64,000 nt of DNA from an uncultured Phycisphaerales bacterium (GTDB taxonomy: Bacteria > Planctomycetota > Phycisphaerae > Tepidisphaerales > Tepidisphaeraceae), in contig CAVWVQ010000003.1 of assembly GCA_963758525.1 (NCBI GenBank), forward strand, positions 4,640,001-4,704,000, in the 5' to 3' direction. Every line of letters starts with the position of its first letter. Within the stretch, counting starts at the first letter, position 1. Shown piece by piece: positions 43,687 to 53,283 of this stretch. The notes beneath the pieces are model-generated. The model ran no database searches. It was not told the origin of the DNA and saw nothing but the letters and a program-made list of their open reading frames with translations. A program made the translations under genes and the position numbers.

Positions 43687-44025
43687 TCACAAAGCCGCTT
43701 CATCCCGCTCGCCGGTCCGAATGCGCAAGACTTCCGAGGCAGGCAACACGAAGACCTTCCCATCGCCCACGCCGCCGGTGTGAGCCGCCTCGGCGATCGC
43801 CTTCATCGCCGCCTCTTTTTCGGCGTCCTTCACGCATACGAACAGGCACACCTTGGGAACAAACCCGGCATCCAACTTGGGGCCGCGATAGCGCTCGTTG
43901 TGGCCCAGTTGCTTGGCGTACCCCTTGCTCTCGATGGCGGTCATTCCCAGGATGCCCAGGCGAACCAGCGCCGCCTTGACCTGCTCAACGCGGTTGGGCT
44001 TGACCACCGCAACAATCATTTGCAT
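43687..44025 (-). CDS. P-II family regulator (second copy)
   Basis: MQMIVAVVKP, YRG, FVPKV and TGGVGDGKVFV...RIRTGE motifs; GGAGG upstream. Confidence 0.92.
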   Translation of the reverse strand: MQMIVAVVKPNRVEQVKAALVRLGILGMTAIESKGYAKQLGHNERYRGPKLDAGFVPKVCLFVCVKDAEKEAAMKAIAEAAHTGGVGDGKVFVLPASEVLRIRTGERDEAAL

Positions 44026-44059
44026 ACGAACCTCCGTCTCATCGACAGTCATTCCGAAA

Positions 44060-45687
44060 TCACGATCCCGGTCGAGGCGGTTCCATCATTGGAAGCCAGT
44101 GCGACTGCAACCGCAAGAGCACGGTGGCAACCACCATCGAGGCGATGCTCACAATAAATCCGATTTTCATCCAATAGCCGAATTTGACGGTCCCGTGACC
44201 CCGTGCATCGAGCAAACCGCAGGCGACGATGTTGGCGGTCGAGCCGATGATGGTCATGTTCCCCATAAATGTACCACCGAACAGCATAAACCAATAAATG
44301 GCAGATGAATAAGGAACCGCGGCGTTGACGCGAATATCGTGGACGACGGGCATGAACGTGGCGACGGCCAGGACATTGTCGAGAAACGCGCTGAGCCAAC
44401 CGGTCGCCCATCCGATCACCTGGATGATGATCGTCTGCCCGCCGCTCACCCCGCTAAGCCTGGCGGCAATCACTTGCGTGACTCCCGTGTCCTGCAAGGT
44501 TCCCACCGAAGCGAACAGCATCATGAAAAAGGAGAGCGTCCACCAATCCACGCGGCGCTCGACAAGCTCGCGGGCCTTTTCGCGCTGAAGCAGCAGCACA
44601 ACGCACCCCATGACCAGGGCGGCGGCGACCATCATCGTCCCCTCGCGCAGGCTGTAGATCACCGCTCCACCGGGGCCATGGACGATTGTGCCATCGTGGT
44701 CCGTGAGCGGGCAATGAAATAACTCGCCCAGCCACAGCTCGGTTTGTCTGTGGGTGACCAGGAGCAGAATCAAGCCCGCAAGAATCACCCATGAGCGACG
44801 AAACGCCCGGCGGTCTTCTTCGGGCGATTCGTCGCTGGCGGGGGTGTAAAGCCGATCGAACGGTTCGCCGCCCGGTTCTGAGACTGATTCAGCTGTTTCT
44901 GCATCGCCCGAATCTCCCTCGCTGGCGGCGCCACCGCCAGGGCAGGCTTCATCGCCGAGCGGGCTTTGACGGCAAACTCCTGCTGAACCGCCGCGCCAAA
45001 CCCCTCGAAGGCATCAGCGAACCACCAGCGGCAAATGGCGAACGTCACGACGTCGACGACGATCGCAACCGGCGCGGCATATTTCACAAAATCAATAAAG
45101 CCCAGACCCGTCTTCAGCGCGATCAAAACCCCGATCGGATTTCCCACGGAACTCATGGCCGAGCCGTTGTTGCACGCAAAGACCAGCATAATCACAAACG
45201 GAATGGGATTGAGCTTGTATCTGGAGGTTAGATGCAGCATGGCTCCGGCCATGAACAGGATCGCGGTGACCTCGCCGACAAGCGCCGAAGCGAGCGATGC
45301 CAGGATCATCAGGGTAATCAGCAGCAATTGGGGGCGCGGACCCACCACGTCAACGATCCAACTGACGACGTGCTCGAAAAAGCGGCTCTCTTCCAGGTAG
45401 CCGATCACCAGAAACGTTCCAATGAGGAATACGAGCACGTCGAGGCTTGCGGCTTGCGTGAAGCGATCGACGGTGAGCAGGCTGCACATCATCAGCAGCG
45501 CAATGCCGCCAAACGCAAATGCCAGCCGGAACTCACCAAAGAGCAGCGTGCCGTAAATGAACATCGAGAAGATTCCGATGCTCAAGATCTGACGTCCGCT
45601 GAAGGTCAGCAGGCTAGTCCAGCGCAGCAGGAGCAGCAGCAGAATTGTTCCGCCCAGCAGTCCGAAGAATTTGGCAACTTTGCTCAT
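44060..45687 (-). CDS. ArsB/NhaD (IT-superfamily) permease; one frameshift near 44930
   Basis: ALVGEVTAIL, NNGSAMSSVGNPIG, VDWWTLSFFMMLF, SAFLDNV and GNMTIIGSTANIV. The frame of ORF 44060..44788 stays open upstream to about 44930. Confidence 0.85.
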
Positions 45688-45733
45688 GGAACGCCGGTCG
45701 ACTCGTGAAAATGAGAGCCGCCTGTCAACCAGA

Positions 45734-45768
45734 AAGCCCGCCGGCCCGGGTAAGGGGCCGGCGGGCTG
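45734..45768 (-). terminator. GC-rich hairpin downstream of the second amt
   Basis: AGCCCGCCGGCCC / GGGCCGGCGGGCT 13-bp stem with only a short U tract. Confidence 0.55.
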
Positions 45769-45792
45769 AAATCATGTCTGAACGCTGGGGCT

Positions 45793-47620
45793 TTAGACCG
45801 CGCCAGCTTTTGGAAATCTGAGCGCGTCGATCTCCAGATATTCCCCAGCCTTGATCGCCTCGACCTGCGCGTCGGTGATCTGCTCCGGCAGAACCATGGG
45901 GATGCCTTCCGGATATCCCATGAGACCCATTTCGGGCAGATCCAGGCCCGCAATCTCTGTCTTGGCCGACACGCGATTGCCGCCGACCAGCAATCCTGTC
46001 AGCAGGAAGAAGAGGCCGCCGGCACCGCAGTTCCAGCCGATGTTGACCACCACTTCGATGGCTTGGGAGGCAAGCTGTCCCATCTGATGGGTTCCATAGA
46101 ACAGGCCCCACACGCCGCTGGTGACGCCGTTGTAGCCCGCGTAATGCCCATCGGCGAAGAGTCCGACCGACAGAACGCCCCAGGCGCCGCAGGTCCCGTG
46201 GACGCTGATCGCGCCCACCGGATCGTCGATGCGAATCTTGTCGAAGAAGAAGACGCTCAGAGCGACGAGCACGCCGGCGATTGCGCCGATCCAGAACGCG
46301 CCGCAGCAGGTCACAAAACCGGACGGCGCGGTAATCGCCACCAAACCGGCCAGCAGGCCGTTGCACATCATCGCGGGATCGGGTTTTTTGGTCGGACCGA
46401 ACCACCACATGAACAAGACATTGGTCATTGTCGCACTCATGCCCGCGAGCATGGTGTTGACCGCGACGATACCGATGCGGTTATCGCTTGAAGCCAGCGA
46501 GCTGCCGGGATTGAACCCGAACCAGCCGAACGCGAGGATGAATGTTCCCAGCTGCACCATCGGAATATTGTGCGGCGCGATTGGATTGACGAGCTTTCCA
46601 TTCTTGTCCCACTTGCCGAGGCGGGGCCCAAGCAGTATCGACGTGATCAGCGCCAAGGCTCCGCCCTGAAGATGGACGACACCGGAGCCGGCGTAGTCAC
46701 AGGCCCCGTTGCCAAGACCCCAGTTTTGTCCCATCTGCGCCAGCCATCCGCCACCCCAGACCCAGCAGCCAAACAGAGGGTAGGTGACGGCGCCGATGAA
46801 CAAGCTGAAGACGAAGAAGCTCTTGAAGCTCCATCGTTCGGCGCATGCGCCGGTAACGATGGTGGCAGTGGTGTCCATGAACACCATTTCGAAGAGGAAC
46901 CAAACTGCGGCGGCGGCGTCATAGCCTTGTCCCGTCAGGAAGAAGCCGGTATGTCCGCAAAGTCCCCAGAAATGACCACCGACAGTGATGCCCCACATCT
47001 GGTTCAATGACGGAATTCCGCCCAACTGGCCCGGCCCGCCCAGCGCCGGTCCCGTTGGCGCCGCCGCACATAAAGGCAAAGCCGCACACGAAGAAGCCGA
47101 ACATTCCGATCGCATAGATCATGAAGTTCATGCTGAACGTATGCGCGACGTTCTTGCCGCGAATCAGGCCGGTCTCCACAAGCGCGAAGCCTGCCTGCAT
47201 GAACATGACCAGGTACCCGCAGACCAGCGTCCAGACGATGTTGACCGAGTAGAGTGATTTGGCGACGTTTGGCGCCAGGCTGGTGGCATTGGGCGTGTCG
47301 GTTGGATTGCCCTTTTCGTCGGTGTACGGGTGCCAGGTGCCCTTGGCATCGGTCCCGCCTCCCTGCCAGCCGGGCAGGCCGACGTTGGGTGTGATCAGCG
47401 AATTGTCGCCGCCGGTGTTTCCCGAAGAGTCCGCGTGCGGCGCATCGACGGGAGCCAGCGGAGCGGGAGCAGCCGGAGCCGCTGCAGCAGCCGGCGCTGT
47501 AGCCGATTCAGTGGTCTGGGCACTGCAAGTCAATGCACCAGCCGAGAGAAGCAGGAAGAAAAACATCGCTCCCGCCACGAGCCGGGAAGATCCGCGTCCT
47601 ACCCAATGCAGATGCTTCAT
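45793..47620 (-). CDS. amtB: Ammonium transporter (second copy) with signal-like N-terminus; one frameshift near 47048
   Basis: FMQAGFALVETG in ORF 46919..47620; DYAGSGVVH, FGWFGFN, LAGLVAIT and DDPVGAISVHG in ORF 45793..47115. Confidence 0.93.
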
Positions 47621-47723
47621 AAATTTACCTTTACCCTTAAGGAAAAATTGCGGAAGCCGAATTGATCGTCATCCCGCTGACAGGACCCGTCACAACTCGC
47701 ATTCGGTCAACGGACCGCCCTCG

Positions 47724-47738
47724 GCAAAGGCAGTGCCA
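47724..47738 (-). promoter_or_regulatory. Sigma54 -24/-12 promoter of the second amt
   Basis: Minus strand reads TGGCAC-TGCCT-TTGC, about 105 bp upstream of the ATG; differs from the first amt promoter at one base. Confidence 0.85.
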
Positions 47739-47789
47739 AGTCGCGGTTGCCCTCACCCGATGCATGCCATCAACCCAATGTGGAAACCT

Positions 47790-47806
47790 CGCCCAATAAA
47801 TGTGCA
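47790..47806. promoter_or_regulatory. Candidate enhancer-binding-protein site (NtrC-like)
   Basis: CGCCCAATAAATGTGCA, 52 nt from the sigma54 box. Confidence 0.6.
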
Positions 47807-48089
47807 TCGAATGATCGAGCTTCCACCGATTAAAGGTCTGCCCATGCAGTTGCTCGTGAACCCCCGCAGACAATGCTGCCCGAAAATGTGGCTCCGCTTG
47901 TCACTATGATTGCAATTTGTAAGGTGCCGCCGACCCTCGGTAATTTTTGCTGAATATTAGACAGGAGTGGAAATGTTGGGCATGCGCTTCCATCCCCCCG
48001 CAAGATTGCCTATCTAACGCGCGTTTGTCGAGCACTTGACGTTTTCCTCGGTCGCACACGCTCGGCGTAGCTGGACCGACGATCCCGTG

Positions 48090-48104
48090 TGGCACGATAT
48101 ATGC
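48090..48104 (+). promoter_or_regulatory. Probable sigma54 promoter of the divergent regulator
   Basis: TGGCAC-GATAT-ATGC keeps the GG and GC spacing; 65 bp upstream of the ATG at 48169. Confidence 0.6.
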
Positions 48105-48168
48105 GTCACGCCCCGGAAGTGTCACGGCTTGCGCAACTTCTGAGCAGTTTAACAGGACCAGAATAATC

Positions 48169-49548
48169 ATGGTTGACCGAAGATTGACGTGCTCGCGCCT
48201 CCGCGTGCTTCTGGTGGACGACGAGCAGACCATTCGAACCACGCTGGGGATTTGCCTGCAGGCCGAGGGGCACGAGGTTATTTCACAGGCAAATGGCTCC
48301 GATGCACTGGCCGCCGTGGCGCGGGCTTCGTTTGACCTGATCTTTCTGGATCTGCGCATTGGCACTGAAAGCGGACTCGACCTCATACCATTGCTTTTGG
48401 CGCAGAATCCGTGGGCAAAGATCGTCGTTATCACAGCCTACGCCTCGGTTGACACTGCGGTGGAAGCGATGAAGCGGGGAGCGACTGATTATCTGCCCAA
48501 GCCCTTCACACCCGCACAGGTCGTGCTGGTGACAACCAAGGTCGCCAGGCAAAGGCAACTCGAATTAAAGCTCGAAGCCCTCCAGCAGACCATTGGCCGT
48601 AACGACCCCGAGTGCGATTTTCCCACCACCGATCCGGACTTTCGTGCGGCAGTGGAATTGGCGCGCCGCGTCGCGCCGACGAACGCGGCAGTACTGCTCC
48701 GGGGCGAGATGGGAAGCGGCAGGGAGCGGTTGGCGCGAGCGATGCATGTGTGGAGCGGCCGTTCGGATGCGCCGTTCGCCTCGACGGCGTGCCATTCGAA
48801 CACTGAGGAGCTCGAAGCAGAACTTTTTGGAGCGGCGCCGTATCGGCAAATCGCAGCGCCGGCGGCCGAGGCCGATTCAGCGGGCCGCGGCACTGCCACC
48901 GGCTGGGTCGGCTTTTGCGAGGGTGGAACGCTGGTTCTCAAGGAGGTGGCGGAGATGCCGCTGGCGCTGCAGCCGAAGCTCGTCCGACTGCTGCGGGACC
49001 GGGAGTTTGAGCGGCAGGGGGAGTTTGTCCCGCGCCGTGCGGATGTGCGCATGATCGCAACCAGCGCGGTCGATCTGCACGGTGCCGTGCAGGATGGCAC
49101 CCTTCGACCAGACCTTGCCCAGGCGCTGGACATTGTTGCCATCGATATTCCGCCGCTGCGCGATCGTCCCGGTGATATCGCCCTGCTCGCAGAGCGATAT
49201 CTGGCCTACTTTGCGCGCGAGCACGGCCGATCCGTGGCACAATTCTCCAACGACGCGCTCGATGCCCTGGAACGTCATTCGTATCCCGGCAACAGCCGCG
49301 AATTGCGAAATCTCATCGAGCGGGCGGTGCTGATCAGTCGAGGCCACCAGATTGAGCTGGAGAATCTGCCCGCCAATCTGCTCAACACAGATGCATACCA
49401 CGTGGGCGACCTGGTGCCTCTCGAAAAAATCACCGATCTGCACATCCGCCAGGTGCTCGCGTCCACAAGATCTTTCGAGTCCGCTGCCGCCGTGCTGGGA
49501 ATTAATTCCATCACTCTCTGGCGCCGGCGAAAACGCTACGGAATTTAG
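48169..49548 (+). CDS. AlgB/NtrC-like REC-AAA-HTH regulator with degenerate AAA+ domain
   Basis: Intact receiver (VDDE, FLDLR, ITA, KP) and Fis-type HTH (AAAVLGINSITLWRRR). Walker A reads GEMGSGRE, Walker B reads LVLKE, and GAFTGA is absent. Confidence 0.88.
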   Translation: MVDRRLTCSRLRVLLVDDEQTIRTTLGICLQAEGHEVISQANGSDALAAVARASFDLIFLDLRIGTESGLDLIPLLLAQNPWAKIVVITAYASVDTAVEAMKRGATDYLPKPFTPAQVVLVTTKVARQRQLELKLEALQQTIGRNDPECDFPTTDPDFRAAVELARRVAPTNAAVLLRGEMGSGRERLARAMHVWSGRSDAPFASTACHSNTEELEAELFGAAPYRQIAAPAAEADSAGRGTATGWVGFCEGGTLVLKEVAEMPLALQPKLVRLLRDREFERQGEFVPRRADVRMIATSAVDLHGAVQDGTLRPDLAQALDIVAIDIPPLRDRPGDIALLAERYLAYFAREHGRSVAQFSNDALDALERHSYPGNSRELRNLIERAVLISRGHQIELENLPANLLNTDAYHVGDLVPLEKITDLHIRQVLASTRSFESAAAVLGINSITLWRRRKRYGI

Positions 49549-49696
49549 AAGCCCGAGCGCGTTTGAACGCCCCACGGAGCTTGCTCCGCAGGGCCGTTTG
49601 CTCAATACCACCGCTAACCCGGATTATTCACCGCGGATTACACTGATTTCCCAGCGCTGCCTCGCTGCGCTTCGCCGGCAACCAAAAAAGAAGCAC

Positions 49697-49827
49697 TCAA
49701 CACAGAGAGACGGAGGCGGGCCATCAGAACTGCGGGGCGGCGCGAAAAACCATTTCTGACATTGTTTGAAGGGCACTAATCGCAAGCAGAGATCCAAGTC
49801 GAATGCGCCTCCGTGTCTCCGTGTTGA
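49697..49827. repeat. Imperfect intergenic inverted repeat between convergent genes
   Basis: TCAACACAGAGAGACGGAGGCG ... CGCCTCCGTGTCTCCGTGTTGA. Confidence 0.6.
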
Positions 49828-49862
49828 ATCTCTTCTCCCATAATCGCAGCGACGGGGTGTAC

Positions 49863-50960
49863 TTAACCGTGCGGCGCGGCCGAAATGTATTTTTTTTCGC
49901 GGAAATACTCGAGCGCCTGCGGAACATCCTTGAAAACCCGCGTGGCCGTCTCGGTAATAAACGGGGACGGGTTCGCCCGGCACAGCCACAGCACGTAGAC
50001 TTCCTTGCCGCCTTCAAATGCGTGATGCAACTCGCGTTCGACTCCGCTGGACAGCCCCGGCGTCCCCCCGGGCATCTCGGGAACGATTGCCACGATCAAA
50101 TCCGCCTGATCGACCATCTTGAAGTCTCGCGCATAGATCTGGCCGAGAATGTCGCCGCTGATCTGGGCGACTTCGGCCGTTTTGAGCGACATCATCCCGC
50201 CCGCCGCCGGAACTTCGATCGTCGTCTGCCCCTCCTGCATCGCCCGGACCGCGCTCATGTGCAGCATGTATTCGTCCACGTCGGCCGGATCGAAACACGT
50301 GAAATGTTCCTGCATGGTCCGCTTGAAGTCGTCAATCTTGCGAAGAATATCCGGCTGATCCGCGACGTGCGTCATCGGGAATGACACATACACTTTCTTG
50401 CGGTCAGGCTCGAACAGCAGCCGATACGCTGTTTCGGCGGTCGTCACCGTCCGTCCCCGGCTCAACATGAAGAAGTGCCCGAAGCCGCGGGTGATATTGG
50501 CGATGATTTCCGTCGCCAGCAGTTCTTCCTCCCGCCAGACCATGATGTCCTTCAGGGAGTGGTCAATCTCGTGATCCTGGATCAGTCGCTGATGCACGCT
50601 TTCGACATTGTCCAGCAGCGTGATATAGCGATCGGGGTTGAAAACCTTGATCTGATCGAAATCGAAGGCCGCAAACAGCCCGTGCTTCCATCGGAACGTG
50701 GCATGCGTGTTCACCAGCACATGCTGATGATTATCGGCGATCCGAAGAATTTCGCGGAAGACTGATCGGCGAAGCGCATTGAGCCGGGTGATCGGAAGAT
50801 TGAGAATTCTTCCCGCAGGGACGTCCGGCGCCTCTGCATACATCATCCGCCCCACGTGGCACACCTGCAGATCATGCCCGCGCTGCAATGCCAGCGCCCG
50901 CACCTCTTCGAGAAATGGGCCTTTGTCGACGCCAACTTGTCCAGTGATTATTGCACGCAT
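49863..50960 (-). CDS. Two-domain protein: archaeal-type adenylate-kinase-like domain plus nucleoside 2-deoxyribosyltransferase/Rcl-like domain
   Basis: N-terminal IITGQVGVDK and LVNTHATF; C-terminal KVYVSFP, RDFKMVDQADLIVA and SSGVERELHHAFEGGKEV. Confidence 0.6.
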   Translation of the reverse strand: MRAIITGQVGVDKGPFLEEVRALALQRGHDLQVCHVGRMMYAEAPDVPAGRILNLPITRLNALRRSVFREILRIADNHQHVLVNTHATFRWKHGLFAAFDFDQIKVFNPDRYITLLDNVESVHQRLIQDHEIDHSLKDIMVWREEELLATEIIANITRGFGHFFMLSRGRTVTTAETAYRLLFEPDRKKVYVSFPMTHVADQPDILRKIDDFKRTMQEHFTCFDPADVDEYMLHMSAVRAMQEGQTTIEVPAAGGMMSLKTAEVAQISGDILGQIYARDFKMVDQADLIVAIVPEMPGGTPGLSSGVERELHHAFEGGKEVYVLWLCRANPSPFITETATRVFKDVPQALEYFREKKYISAAPHG

Positions 50961-51035
50961 ACGTGGGTTCGGTTTTCAGTTCTCGGTTTATTCTTTAGTG
51001 CGAGGAAACGAGACATTTCCCTTCCTCCTACTCCG

Positions 51036-51716
51036 TTATTTCGTCTGCACCTGCGAGATAAATTTGTCGGCTTCGTTAATGCTGTCCTGCATCTCTTTGA
51101 TGAGATTGTCGATGTCTCCTCCGAGCTCGACGTCTGTTCCCTGCAGTGATGCAATAGCCTCGGCGTTCAGATTGGCCTTGATGAAGAGCACGCGATCCTT
51201 GAACTTGCGCAAAACCGGATCCATCGTTGCGGCCGCTGCGTCCATGTGCGCGACCAGCTCATCGTAGTGAACGTGGGTCTTGTCGTACAGCGCTTTGCTC
51301 TGGCTCTGCAGCGACGAATCATCGCTCATCTGCGCGATCTCACCCTGCCATTCGGTAAAGAGCGCCTCGCCGACGTTTTTCACCGATTGAATCTTGCTCT
51401 TGACCGCCGACGCACGCGAGTCACTTCGCTTGTATGAACTGTTGAGCTTGTCATAGAGCGCTTCGAGATCGCCTCCCTTGAAATTCACCACGCTTTTGAA
51501 CTGATCCAGCGCGCTGGCAAACTGCTGCTTGGCATCCTGCTGCGCGTCGCGCGCGGATTTCACATTCTCAACGAGCCGATCGCGCTTCGCATATCCAAGC
51601 TTTTCCCAGGCGTCGTAATACACTGCCCGCGTCTCGGCACATCCCGCCGCAACCGTCGCGAGCATGCAGCACCACAGCACCATCAGATGGGTCTTCAAGA
51701 TCAACGGGCGGTTCAT
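51036..51716 (-). CDS. DUF2959-like lipoprotein
   Basis: Lipobox AAGC, YYDAWEKLGYAKRD, ALFTEWQGEI and LFIKANLNAEAI motifs. Confidence 0.8.
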   Translation of the reverse strand: MNRPLILKTHLMVLWCCMLATVAAGCAETRAVYYDAWEKLGYAKRDRLVENVKSARDAQQDAKQQFASALDQFKSVVNFKGGDLEALYDKLNSSYKRSDSRASAVKSKIQSVKNVGEALFTEWQGEIAQMSDDSSLQSQSKALYDKTHVHYDELVAHMDAAAATMDPVLRKFKDRVLFIKANLNAEAIASLQGTDVELGGDIDNLIKEMQDSINEADKFISQVQTK

Positions 51717-51838
51717 GGATTCCCTCGTAAACGCAACGTTCTCAATCAGTTCGGCACGAAGCGCGACTCTATCCCGCATCGCCGGCGGTTGTCAAAACTC
51801 CGGCAGCTCACGGCGCAGGCGAATTTCCGGGATTCACG

Positions 51839-52008
51839 TTGTGGTGCGGGCTCCCATTCTGCAACGCGGCCCATCGAGCGTCCGAGATAGCCGAACGGGC
51901 CAAAGCACATTGTGGTGCTGGCTCCCATTCTGCAACGCGGCCCATCGAGCGTCCGAGATAGCCGAACGGGCCAAAGCACGTTGTGGTGCTGGCTTCCAGC
52001 CTGCAACG
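51839..52008. repeat. 71-bp tandem repeat (two full copies and a partial third) built on a GTGGTGC REP-like unit
   Basis: TTGTGGTGC starts at 51839, 51910 and 51981; the intervening sequence is near-identical. Confidence 0.9.
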
Positions 52009-52064
52009 GAGCCGGCAAACGCAGTTTGCTCCTTCTCGCCTCGCAATTCGCGCCCGCCCGCCAC

Positions 52065-52649
52065 TCACCTGCGCCTCCGCGCGGCTTGCATCTCCGCGGG
52101 CAATGGCTTGGAGACGGCCGCGCTGTGTGCATCTGCAAACCTCAGCGGCGCGTCAACCCAGTCGCCGGCATAGTCGACTCCGACGCGCGGCCCTGTCGCG
52201 ATCAGCGGCGCAGGGCCCGCCTCCTGCTCGAGAAACAGCTCATCGCCGGTCAGATCGATGCCATTCAGCGCCCGCGTGATTCTCATGCCTCGCGCCAGTC
52301 TGCCCGGCCCCGACAGATCCGCCCCGCGCCCGTCCATCGGCTCGCCCGCCCGCACCAGCACGGCCTGCGCATCGTCCTTCACACTCGTGACGATATTAAA
52401 CATGTCGTACATGCCGTAAATGAAGTAAACATACGCATGCCCGCCGCGGCCAAACATTACTTCCGTCCGCCCGGTGCGTCCCTTGGCCGCATGGCACGCC
52501 AGATCATGCGTGCCGACATAGGCCTCGGTTTCGACGATCCGTGCGCGATACGTTTCGCCGCCGACCCGATGCACCAGCGTTTTGCCGATCAGATCGCGCG
52601 CCACCGCGATCGCGGGGCGCTGATAAAATGATCGGCGAAGCTTCTTCAT
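52065..52649 (-). CDS. DNA-3-methyladenine glycosylase (AAG/MPG family)
   Basis: VARDLIGK, RIVETEAY, MFGRGGHAYVYFIYGM, AVLVRA, GPGRL and RVGV motifs. Confidence 0.93.
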   Translation of the reverse strand: MKKLRRSFYQRPAIAVARDLIGKTLVHRVGGETYRARIVETEAYVGTHDLACHAAKGRTGRTEVMFGRGGHAYVYFIYGMYDMFNIVTSVKDDAQAVLVRAGEPMDGRGADLSGPGRLARGMRITRALNGIDLTGDELFLEQEAGPAPLIATGPRVGVDYAGDWVDAPLRFADAHSAAVSKPLPAEMQAARRRR

Positions 52650-52669
52650 GCCTGCGGACCTCGCAATGG

Positions 52670-52921
52670 CAGGGCGGGATTCATCCCGCCGCTTTCTCGG
52701 CGAGCCAACAATTGGCGGGATGAATCCCGCCCTACGCCGAGTCGATCGCCACTTTCGAGCGCCACACCCTTCGCCCAGGGTGTAACTTTTATTTGTGGCG
52801 ATTGCAGATTTTGCGATCGTAGGGCGGGATTCATCCCGCCGTTTTCTCAGCCGGCCAACAAATCCGCGGGATGAATCCCGCCCTACTCGGAGCCGATCGC
52901 CACTTTCGAGCGCCACACCCC
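52670..52921. repeat. GTAG-type REPIN-like element: copy 2 (52778-52921) plus a diverged partial copy (52670-52769)
   Basis: Four REP units of AGGGCGGGATTCATCCCGCC type arranged as two inverted pairs. Confidence 0.9.
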
Positions 52922-53012
52922 GCCCAGTCAGGACGAGCAGGCGCTAGCCAATCGATGCGTGCTTCAGTATAATTCCCGAGCGTCGATGGCACCCGTCGCC
53001 GTCGAGAACATT

Positions 53013-53083
53013 TGGGGTATGGTGTAACGGTAGCACAAGCGCCTCTGGAGCGCTTTGTCTAGGTTCGAATCCTAGTACCCCAG
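53013..53083 (+). tRNA. tRNA-Gln (anticodon CTG)
   Basis: Acceptor stem TGGGGTA/TACCCCA, anticodon arm AGCGC-CTCTGGA-GCGCT, T-arm CTAGG-TTCGAAT-CCTAG; CCA not encoded; TATAAT at 52968-52973. Confidence 0.95.
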
Positions 53084-53283
53084 TTTTTAGCCCTAACATC
53101 CAAAAGCTGGATCTGCGCCATTGGGAAGGCGTTTTTGTGGCTCCGCGGCGGGTTTTTCTCGCGCCGGGCCAATTTCAGGTCAGCACCTAACATCACGGTC
53201 GATAACGCACGAGCAATCGAGCGAGTCCCACCGTTTTCCCCACCACCTCTCTTCCGCCGGTTCGTCACGGCATGGGAGTGGCG

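Noticed and set aside
44060..45687. Two-subunit (split) permease
   Set aside because: The downstream frame is open well upstream of its listed start and joins the first half with one indel near 44930.
51839..52008. Possible CRISPR array (71-bp period)
   Set aside because: The would-be spacers are identical, there are under three units and no cas genes; it is a tandem duplication.
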